A stretch of 64,000 nucleotides of DNA, taken from Fonticula alba ATCC 38817. Lineage: Eukaryota; Protista; Nucleariida. Under the pieces are notes generated by a model that did no database searches, was not told where the DNA came from, and worked only from the letters and a program-made list of their open reading frames with translations. The stretch lies in NCBI GenBank assembly GCA_000388065.2, contig KB932206.1; one strand, 5' to 3'. Of this stretch, positions 49,550 through 60,400 are shown in pieces. Every line of letters begins with the position of its first letter. The stretch's first letter is position 1. A program made the translations under genes and the position numbers.

Positions 49550-51190
49550 ATGTTCTCCGCACTCAGCTTCGCGTCGGTGGATCCGGCCGCGCCGAAGGCG
49601 GAGGCGCCGGCTGGCAGCCAGCAGCCCTCGGCCGGCGGCGCCGTTAACCAGCAGCCCCATGGCGGCGGTGCCAGCAGCCCTGGCAATCCCCCGGCGGAGG
49701 GCGCCTTTTCCGGGTTTTCCTTTGCCCTGGGCCCCGGGCCGTCGGGCCCCGGGGGCGGGATGGCCCCTCCGCGCCGGGCACGCGCCGCCCTTGCCGGCGA
49801 TGATTCCGACGAGTCGGGCGACGAGGCCGACGAGGGCGGCCGGCGGCGGCCCAATCGCCGAGACCCCACGAAGGACCTCGGCCGGGCGCAGACCATCTCG
49901 GCCTTCAGCTCCGGGCGCGGCGTGTCGCAGGATGGCAGCCTCCTCACGGATGCCGACGCCCCGCTGGTCATTTCGCTCCCCCCGCCGCGGCCCGGCGGCA
50001 TCGAGCAGGTGCGTCCCCATGGCCGGCCCTCCTTCCTCTCGGCCCTTCACCCAATCGGCACCTGACCTCCGCTGCCCTCCCCCGCTGCACATGCCACCCC
50101 TTGTGGCTGGCCGCGTGAAATCGCAGATGATGCGCGATGCCCTGGCCCGCGGCCCGGACGTCAAGGCCACCCGAGCCGAGGCCCTCTCCGAGAAGGAGGC
50201 CCTCGACCGAGACCTGTCCCTGCTGCCAGAGCCCGCCTCCATGCGCACGTACGACGAGGTGCCGGTGGAGGAGTTTGGCGCGGCGCTCCTACGCGGCATG
50301 GGCTGGACCGGTGGTGCGGCTATCGGTCGGAAAAACTACAGCACCCTGTGCGCCTGTCGTTCCCTGTCCCTTTCTCTCTCTCTCTCTCTCCATTCTCCTG
50401 TTTATGCCGATCGTTCAGCTGACCCTGTGTGTCTGTATGCGTATGCATGTGCGTGTGTGTGTGTGCGTGTGTGTGTGCGTGTGTGCATGCGTGCGCGCGA
50501 TCTCCATCCCAAAGGGCCCAGCCACCGCAGCCGGCCGAGGCAAAGCCCCGGCCCTCGCGGCTCGGCCTCGGGGCCTCGCATGCCCTTGGCAAGGATGAGG
50601 AAGGCCGCCTGTTGCAGGCATCCCGGAGTGCAACATCAACCGGGACTTCCTCCGCCACATCCACCTCGGGCGCCGGCAGCAGTCCCGAGCGCCGCGCCCG
50701 GCATGGAGACGAGGATCGTGGACGTGATCGCGATCGGAGCCAAGGTCGAGAGCATGAGCACCATCGCAATCGCGACCAAGATTCCCACCGCGCCCATGAC
50801 CGTGGCCAGGATCCTCGTCGAGACCATGGCCGGGACCGTCATGAACGCAGCCGTGACCGCGACCGCAGCCGTGACCGCGACCGCAGCCGTGACCGCAGTC
50901 ACGACCGAGATCACGATCGGGATCATGGCCGCAGTCGGGATTACAATCGCGACCGGAATTCAAGCCGTGATCGAGACCATGCTCGTGGCCGGGACTACGA
51001 TCGCGGTCGGGAGTATGATCGCGGTCGGGACTACGATCGCGGCCGGGAGCATGATCGTGGCCGGGATCGCGACAGGGAGCAACGCGATTCGGACCGCCGG
51101 CGACACGACCGTAGTCGTAGCCCCGGGGACCGACACCGCCGCCGGCCCTCTCCCGCCGGTCGGGGAGACCGCCGCGGTCGCCACGGATGA
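49550..51190 (+). CDS. Spp2/GPKOW-type G-patch spliceosomal helicase cofactor with an RD/RH-rich tail; true start may lie in gap 49351-49531
   Basis: YDEVPVEEFGAALLRGMGW..IG..KPRPSRLGLGA is a Spp2-type G-patch split by an intron. No KOW motif is seen. Confidence 0.82.
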
Positions 51191-51326
51191 CCGGTGCCCT
51201 TTGAGACCAACCAAAAATAGACCCCTCCCCTCGGGAGAAACAAGACAAAAAGGAAGCAACGAAGCACAACAGACAGTCATTGTTGGGCAGGANNNNNNNN
51301 NNGCCGCCGGGTGCGGAGCACACGCC

Positions 51327-54300
51327 CTAGGCAAGCCGGGCGGCCAGGCGTCCATGCAGCGCCGCCACCGCTGGCCGGTCTGGGTGCTCGGCAAAGGCCC
51401 CATCGGACAGCAGCCCCCCAAGTAGCCCTTCAACCAGCCACATCAGCAGCGGGGCGTCCGCGGGAGAGGGCCCCGTCGGCCAGGACACCGGCGACTCGGG
51501 CAGACACAGCAGCAGGTCCAGCAGGCTGGCACCGTCCTCGGCCTCGTCGGCCCGGGTGGCGGCCAGATGCACGCACACCTGGGCCAGCTCCAGGGAGATG
51601 GCGCGCCCGGCCGCCGGGGACGTTTCCGCCAGGAAGGTCCGCCCAGCCAGCAGGGTCCGCCGGATCCGGCCCAGGGCCACCCAAGCCAGGAAGGGCGCCG
51701 CGCGCGGGGCCACCCGGCGCCGGGGGTCCCGACTACACAGGGCCGCCAGCACCAGCCGGCACACCTCCAGGTGCAAGCGACGCGAGGTATCGGCCTCCGG
51801 GGTGGCGGTGGCCCGGCCGAAGGCACCCTCGGCCTCGGCCTGGTCGGCATGCGGCGCGTAGCCCGCCCAGCCGGCCGGCAGGGGGACCGCCTCCTCGACC
51901 GGGCTGGTGGCTGCCCCCAGCGCGCCGACCAAGTCCCGGAGATCGCGCCAGAAGCGCACCTCCAGCGCAGCCGGCGCGCCACGATGCAGCGCCGCCAGGG
52001 CCAGCAACCGGCCAGCCACCCCGGCACCGAAGGAATCCGCCAGGAAGGCCTCCAGCAGGGCATCACCGAGGGCGGCTCCCTGGTGCGTCCGCAGTCGCCC
52101 GGGCAGGGCGGCCCCGGCGGGCCAAGCCCCCGGGCACAGGGCCCAACCAAGCAGCCGGTCCACGAAGCCCAGCGAGGCCCGCGCATCCGGGTCGCCGCTG
52201 GCCGTCGTGCCGGCCGTCGTGGCCACCAGCAGAGCCGCCAGCAGGGCACCACGGTCCAGCAGACCCGATCGCCCGCGGGCCAGGTGCGCCACGGCCCCCT
52301 TTTGAGCCAGGGTGAAGACCGCGGCCAGGGCCTCGGCCGGGGCGTGGCGCATCGCCGCCCCCGGCAACAGCCAGAAGGGACTCCCGGCGGTGGACGACCC
52401 ACGGCCGCCGGCGGCAGAAGCCCGCGCCGACCCCGGCGGCAGGTGCGAGTCCGTCAGCATCAGCACCAATCCCCGGGGACCGGTGGCCGCATGCGGGTCA
52501 TCGGCCGACTGGGGGCCACTGGCCGCCGGCAGGATGCCCCCGCGCAGGGCCCCGGCCCACTGGAGCAGCCCCGGCGCCAGGAGATCATGCCGCCAGAAGG
52601 GCAGCACCCGTTGCGGCAGGGTCCCCAACAGGGTGACCACCTGCCGCGGAGGAACCGGCGCCGAGCCGTCCGCCGCAAAGAGCGCCGGCAGGAGCTCCGA
52701 TTGGGTGCCGAGGCCGGAGCCCTCGCGCGCCGCGCGTGCCACCCCCTCCTCCTGGCCCTCGTCCCCGGTGTACGGCGACTGGCCCAGGCCCGTGGGCAGG
52801 CCCCCGCCGGCAAGCACATGCAGCGCCACATCGACGGCCCCCTCATCGCCCGGGGCCGACAGCGACACGCCGGCCAGAGCCGCCGCCGCCACCAGACGCC
52901 GGGCCACCCCAGGCAGTGCCTGCCAGCACCCGGCCGCACTCAGAGCCCGGAACCAGGCGGCAACCGCATGCGCGGCCCCATGGTCCAGGCGCTGCACCAG
53001 GCGACCGCCACGCAGACGAGCCACTTGCCGCAAGCGGTCCCCGCGAACCGGGCCCCCGGCCGGAAGGTAGGCCCCAGCCCCGGCCACATCGGCCGCCCGA
53101 CAGAGGGACCACCAGATGCCTCGCTGGGCCAGCGGCGAGGCCACCAGCCCGGCCAGATCCCCGGCCAGGGAGGGCAGCGCCCGACCCAGGGCCCCGAGAC
53201 AGTGAAGCACCCCGGCCAGCAGGCCCAGCATGGCTGCCTGGCCCAAAACATGCCAGCCCACAGCCAGCCCATCCGCCCGGTACAGCCCGGCCAGCGGGGC
53301 AAACCCGAGCGCCAATGCCGGCAGGGCCGGCTGATCGTCGGCCAGACCGGTGGATGGGGCCAGCAGCGGCCCGGCAGAGGCCCGCACCAGATCCTCGCCG
53401 GCCGGGGCCCCGGCCGCGCAGGACACCGCAAAGCGCAATGCCTGGCGCCCGGTCCCGGCCACCGACTCGAAGATGCTGGCCAGGTCGACGCGCACGAAGT
53501 CCGAATCGAAGAACGGATGCCGGTGAGTCACCTCCACACAGGCGGCCAGGAAGCCCACCGCTCGAGCCGCACGCCACAGCGGCCAGGCATCCTCATACAG
53601 CGGGGCCCCGGGCGGCTGGGCGGTCGGCGAGCTGCATCCCGCCATCGGGCCGGTCGACGCGGCCACGTCAAGCGCATCATCCAGGCCAAGGGTGCCGAGG
53701 TCGGTGGTGGCCGGAGCCGGGGCCCCGGCATCCGCGCGCTCCCGCAACCAGGCCGTGCAACGCTCGAGCCAGGCATTGCACGCGGCAAAGTGCACCATCA
53801 CCAGCGACCAAGTGCGCCCATCGATGAGGGCGGGATTGTCATCCCCGGCATCAGGGTCCGAGCCACCACCGGCCCGGAGCTCGGCACTACGCAGCGGGAT
53901 CAGCGCCACCAGCGAGCTCAGGCACCGGAGCAGAGCCATCACCCGAGCATCCTCATGCTGGGCCAGACGCGCGAGCAAGCGCGGGCCAGGGCCATCCGCG
54001 GCCGATGCAGCCGCCTGGCCCTCCGGGCCCGGCCAGGCCACCGCGCCGGCCAGCAGGTCCAAGCCGGCCTGGCCAGCCAGAGCCTCCTGCGCCAGTGGCT
54101 GCACCGCCGGCAGCAGGTCATACCCAAATCCAAAGCACAGGAGCACCCCCCACACGGCCAGGGCCCGGGTGTGCAGATCCAGCAGGTCCAGGTGTGCGAG
54201 CCCCATGCGTAAAGCCTCCTCCGGGGCATGTGCCACCAGGGCGGCCGCCAACGGGGCCGACCCCGGGCCTCGGAGCCGGTACAGCAGCAGCTGCGGCAGG

Positions 54301-56700
54301 GCCTCCAATAGACCGGCCTCGACGGCCGTCTGGGCCAAGTCCCGGTCGGTGGACAGCAGGCACTCCAGCAAACCCAGCGCCTCGGTGGCTACCGACAGGA
54401 AACCCTCCGGGCTGGAGATGGCCGTCCGAGCCGACCGAAGCAAGCCCACCAGCCCGGCAATCAGCCCCGAGCCCGAGCCCAGGAGGGCGGCCGTGGCTTC
54501 GGCATCATGCCGGGCCACGCGCGCCGTTGCCCGAAGGAGATCGGCCAGGGCAGCCGGCGCGGTCAGCAGGGCCGCCCGCCCGGCCCCGGCCAGGCAGTAC
54601 CCCAATGCCTCGGCCAGGCCGGCCTGCATCAGGGCGACCACCAGGTCTCCACGAGCGGCCGACTCGCGCCGGGCCTGGGCATCGGCCGCCGGCTCGCCAG
54701 CCTCCGGCACATCCTCCCCCTGGGACCCGGGCGCCGGCCGGGGACTCAGGAAGAAGAGCGCCCCGGCCGGCAGCGGATCCGCCAGCGCAGCCACCTGCAA
54801 CAGGCGCCCCTCGGCCGGGCAGGCCACCAGCGCCCCGAGGCACCGGGCCGCCGCCGCCTGAACCGACACATTCCGATCGGCCAGGGCCCCCACCAGGAGG
54901 TCCACAAAGCGCGTCTCATTCAGCAACCAGCCGAAGAGGCTGGCCTGCAGGGCGAAGTACTGGCCCAGGGCCGCCCCGGGGCCCGACGGCGCCGCCAGCC
55001 CCGGGCCCAGGTCCCGGCCGGCCTTCAGTCGCTGGATCACCCGCCGCAGGGCGCCCAGCGACAGGACCCTCTGCGCCGAGTGCCGGCTTTGCAGCAGCAA
55101 AACCAGCTCGTCGAGGGTGTAGCCAGCCGCGCCGGTTGGGTCAGCATGATGGAAGAGCGATCGGTCCGGCGCGGCCGACGCCCCGGCGGCCGGCTGGATC
55201 AGCCCCTCGAAGTCGAAGCGGACTCGCTTGGCCACCAGCTCGGACGCCAGGAAGGGCCCCAGCTCGGCGGCCAGCTCGTCCTCGGCGGACGCCCGCTCGC
55301 GCGCCGCCTCCGCATCCGGGCCGACATCGCGCGGTAGCAGCCACGCCAGCTTGTCCACCTCGATCATGTCGTCGGAGAAGAAAGTCCGCCGATCGGGGAT
55401 CAGCTCGTCCAGCACCCCGGCCAGGCGTTCGCGCAGGGGATCCACCGTGGTCACGGTGGTCGAGGGACTGGCGCTCGGGCTTGGGGACCGGGCCGTCGGG
55501 CTTGGGGACCGGGCCGTCGGGCCTGCGGCCCTGGCATCGGCCGACCGGCTGAAGGCATCTCGGGTCCGGCGCATGGCCGCGGGAGCAGCACCCAACACAG
55601 CGGCTGATGGACCGCCATCGGCATTGGCAGCGACCTGGCCCGGGGCCGTGGCCACCTCCTGAGACGCCTGGTGTTGGTTTTCCAAAAATGCCAAGAAGGA
55701 AGGCGAGAGCGATTGACGCAGGGCCTGCTGGGCTTGGAGGATTTCCTCCTCGCTCATGCCGGCCAGCACGTCAACATTCTCTCGATTGATCTTCTGCAGC
55801 TCATCAAACTCCCACTCGCCCGGGGCCGCACGCTGAACCGAGTGCGAGAGATCCGCCTGGCCACCGGGGGCGGTGTCGCCGCCCGGCCGAGCAGGCGACT
55901 TGGGGCCCGGGGCGCGTGCCCGGCGCGACAGGTTCAGCTCGCTCCGATGCAGGGCGCGGGGGAATGCCGCGCCGGATGGAGCCGCCGGGGGGGCAAACTT
56001 CGGCCCGGGAGCCGCTGGCCCGGCAGTCGGCCCACCCGGCCAGCGCTCTCGGATTTGCCCAACCATCATGGGAGTTCGGCCCTTCACGTCGAAGGAGGGG
56101 CCAGCCCCGGAGGGCTTGGTGGGGCCGCTGGTCTGGCCGGCCGGCGGGACGAACTGCGGCATGGCCGGCCGCTGGGCTGACTCCGCGCGCCTCTGCTGAA
56201 AGCTGCTCACATGTCAGCGCACCCGGGACACAAGGAGAAATGAAAAAGGAAAGAGGGAGAAAGAAGGATGATGGGCGGAGGCGCGCGCGTGTGGGAGGAG
56301 GGAGGGAGGGGGGGGATACGCACAGCGACGGCTTGCGTCGGGTGGGCTCAGCCTGGGCGGCAGGGGCATTCGCCGGTGCGCCATCTGCCGGAGCAAGGGC
56401 CGAGGTCACCGGGGCAGAGGCCGGACTCGGCGCCGCCGGCGAGGAGACCGGGCCTGGTGTTGTCGGAGCGGGGTCCGAAATCAGGGCTGAGCTCAGGTCG
56501 GACATGGTGTCCAAGAAGCTGGCACTCGGGACATCCTTGCGGATGGTGACCGTGGCAGGAGCGACGGTTGCAGGAGTCCCGGCCACCGCCGGCTGGAAGC
56601 TTGAAACCACCGGCAACGGGGCCCGGCTCACACGGGCAGCCGGTGCCTTGCCCGATTGCAGGAACTTCTCCTGCTCCTTGAGCAGATCCTCGTAGTCCAT
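51327..56700 (-). CDS. RPAP1: RNA polymerase II-associated protein 1 (RPAP1/Rba50/IYO), 2 exons
   Basis: N-terminal EDLLKEQEKFLQSG.APAA. RPAP1_N-like INRENVDVLAGMSEEEILQAQQAL..LSPSFLAFL. RPAP1_C-like RFDFEG...LFHHAD..AGYTLDELVLLLQSRHSAQR..SL..L. A long Leu/Ala helical C-terminal part lies in one ~4.9-kb exon. Confidence 0.9.
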
Positions 56701-57007
56701 GGACGAGATGCTTCAAAGCCCTGGGTGAGATGGCTCAAGTCCCTGGATGAGATGGATCGAGTCGCTGAATGCGAAGCCCCGAGTGTGTGGGTATGAGCGT
56801 GTTGACACGCGTGCACGTGGCGCAAATGGCGGGGAAGGCAATCGGCCGATCGAGAAGGGGGAGCAAGACAGCAGAGGAGTAGAGGAGGGGGAACCACCGC
56901 GAGAAGGCACACAGGAGAGGCAAGTGGAAGAGAGGGAGTGCCATCGGCCGCGCGGCCGGATGGCGACACTCCAGCCACGCTTTAATGTCCCCACATCCCA
57001 TCACCGC

Positions 57008-57053
<46 letters not shown>

Positions 57054-57430
57054 GACATACACGTAGACAGCGGAACTGGGCAACCGGAGGATTGCCGACC
57101 GGGCCCGTCCCGCACCCGCCCCCCCCCCTCCTGCCCCTTTTCCCCGGTCCAGGCGCTTCTCGATTGCACCAAGCCCGGCCACGATCCCTCGATGCGCGAA
57201 ATCATGTGAATAGGGGGTGATTAACCGGAAGACATCTCTTAACTCTGTATTGCTTTTCCGGCAGCACGCCATGAGAGAGGCGGCCAGCTGGGAGAAAGGC
57301 TGCCTTTGGGCCTGTCTCTCTTCGGGCACACACTTCGGCACGACGCTTTGAGCAAGAAAGACGGGAAGGGAGAACGGGAGCATGGAGGTGTATGTACAGA
57401 CACACACACACACACACACCGGCACAGATC

Positions 57431-60400
57431 TCAGCCGTCCGCAGGCTCGGGGGCTTCCTCCTCAACCTGGGCTTCGGACGGCAGGGCCGTCTGTGACAGC
57501 CCCGGGGCAGCGAAAGCCGAGTGGAAGACCCGGGTCTGGTCGAGGGCCTGATGCAATTGGCGCAAAGTGGCATACACCGAGTTGCTGGCCGCACTCGACA
57601 GGGCAGCCTCCTTCCGACGCTTGGTCCGCGAGAGGGTCGGACGGTCGGATGCCAACGGCGCCTGGACCACAACCGCCGGACCTGGCAGGCCGGCCGGCGC
57701 CGGCGGGGCGGCTTCGGCCTTGTCGGCCACGCGCGCACCACACACCCGCTGGACGGTGGCGAGGTCGCTGGTCTGGCCGAGCTCGGGCACCCGGGAAATC
57801 AGGCTGCGCGAAGCGTCATCCAACCGGCCAACCAGAGTAAAGTAGGGCCGAGGAACCGGCCGGACCACCGACCCGAGGTCCACCTCGACCAGGGCACCCT
57901 CCTCGCCGGTCGGGCGCTGAGGAGCATCCAGGCCCTTGGCAGCCGGGGAGCCGCCGGCCGTCTCGCGCGCCGAGAACCCCACACTGACCAGCACCCAGTC
58001 TAGCACCTGGAGGCCGCGCCCAGCGCCCGGGTCCCGAGGAGCGAGCCGCGCGGTGTCGGCCGACAGAACCCATTCCGACAGGGGCCGCGCACCGGCCCCG
58101 CCTGGCCCCAAAACCACCGACGGGACTCCATCCACCAGCGGCAGGGACAGACGGTCGCTGATGCCCAGCGACGGGATGGACAGCTGGATGTGATTGAGGG
58201 CCGGGGAGTCGGTGTCGTCGTTGGCGACAAAACGCGAAATGACCGCCGGCAAGACGATGCGCCCGTAGCGCTTAAGCTGGGGGAGGGGGGGGGGGTACGG
58301 GGAAAGGGGGGGATTTACAAGAGTCAGACACCAAAGCCACAGACCGGCGACACGCCGCCAGCGGTGGGAGGACAGGAAAACACGCACCAGGTCCTGCAGG
58401 AAGAGGGCCATCTCGAGACGCCGGGATTCGAAACCGGCATACTTGATGGCCTTGGACTTCTCGTTGAGGAACTGCGCAAAAAGGTGCAGCTGATTCGACC
58501 CGAAGGCGACCACAGCCTCAGGGCCGGACTTGGTCACGCCAGTGCTGGCCTTGACAATGCCATCAGCCTCCTCGGTAGGCCCAGTGGCATCCGGCGCAGG
58601 CTCAGTGAAGCGGACCTGCCGCGAGGAAGACAGGCATTCACGCAAGAGGGGCTCGCGCTCCAACAACCCGACGGCCAGGGACTCGGGCAGAGGCTCGGCC
58701 GGGGGGATCCCCGCGGCCAGGCTGCCTGCAGAGATGACCATTGCCGCCAGTAGTTGCCGGTGAACAATGATGTCCGGGTACCGGCGGATGGGGGCACTGT
58801 GGTCGGGCGTGCAAAATGGTGTGAGTGGCAAGGAAAGGGAGGAACAGCGGGAGGGCACGATATGGCGCAGAGCGTCACCGTCGCCCCAATAGCAGCATAG
58901 AGACCATCCTGCGACTGATGCTGACAAGGGCGCTGTCGGGGCAAGGGGCAGGAGGAGAGGAGCGGGGCGGGCGGGCGGGCGGGCGGGAGAACGGAGGACA
59001 GAGGGCCACCGCGGCACACGCACGTGAAGTGGGTATACATGCGAACACCCAGGCCAAAATGCCCAAACGGCCCGAGCGGATCCTCCTCGCCGTCCGGGCG
59101 CTTTTTCTTGCCAGCCGCCGCGGCCGAGAACTCCGGCGCACTGGAATCCACATACTCAGCGGGCAGGAAGCGCGTGAGGGCCAGCTGGCCCAGGACGGCC
59201 AGGATACTCGGGGCATCTTCCTGGTGACTGTCCCGGAGGCGTTGCTGCAGATCGGTGAACATGAAGGAGAAGGCCGTAGCCGTGCGACCATCGATGTCGT
59301 AACCAAGGGCGCGTAGGGCGGCCGCCAGGCCGGCATTCTCGGTTTGCGTTTGGAACCGATGCACACGAACCAGGGACCCGCCCATGCGACCGCCCATACG
59401 AGCAAAGGCCCCGGAGATGTACTCGGCCACCTGGCAATTGGTGAAGATCATGAACTCGGCAATCAGGCGCTCCAGCTCATTTTCCGACTCCTGACTCACC
59501 CCATCGAGGGACGTCTCGTCGGACAGCATGTCGGCCATGGCCGCGCGCGACTTGACCTCGAACTTGAGTGGGATGGCCGACAGCTGCAGACCACCAAGCC
59601 GCGCCCGAGTGGCACTCAACTGCCGGTATAGGCGCATCATCAGAAGCAGGGCATTTAGGACGGAGGTGCGCTGCTCCGGGCGCGTGTCTCCGGGGGCCAC
59701 CCCGGCCGGGGGAGCCAGGCGTTCGGCCGGCCGGAAGGGCCTGTCCGCTGGCAGGTACGTCCGATCGTCCGGCTGCACCGCGATGGCCTTGGGATCAGCC
59801 CGTGCGAAGTACTGGCTGACCACCTGCTGTGCCTCGCCGTAAGAGAAGGACATGCGCGAGGCGATGCGCGTCCGGGCAAAGCGCACGGCCACGGGCCGCA
59901 GAACTGGCAGCAGCTCCCCCGCCCGGGGGGGGTCACGCCGCAGGGGGGCCAAATCCTGCAGGCGGAAGTAGAAGAAGCTGGAAAAGGCCGGTCGGGTTTG
60001 GCCGGGCAGTTGCGACAGCAACCCCGACGACAGGACTCGCGGCAACATTGGCAGGCTGAAGTCCTGGAAGTAGATGGTGGCGGTCCTGTCAAAGCGGCAC
60101 AGCCACATAGGGGTGGGGGAGGGAGAGAAGGAGGAGGAGGAGGAGGAGGGGGAAGGGAGCGAGCTGCTGTGTTAGCGTTTGTGACAGGGGGTCATGCCGC
60201 CACGGACACCGGGCACTGTGGGCCAAGCAAGATCCCTGCAAAAGGCCTTGGCAAATGGCAGACACTGGTGGAGAGCGCGAGAAAAAAAAAGAAGAAACAA
60301 ACAGCATACCGAATCCGCGCATGGAGATCCAGCGGCGAGTCGGACAGGATCATGGAAGTGACGTCGGAAATGTGCACGCCCATCTCCACCAGCAGCCCCT

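Noticed and set aside
55478-55520. 21-bp tandem repeat encoding ARSPSPT twice in RPAP1
   Set aside because: A simple coding slippage repeat in a disordered linker.
56982-57425. ORF LAQSVVPK...RLITPYSHDFAHRG as a separate gene between DIS3-like and RPAP1
   Set aside because: No start context or homology signature. It may be UTR or an alternative DIS3 3' exon, and this cannot be resolved without transcripts.
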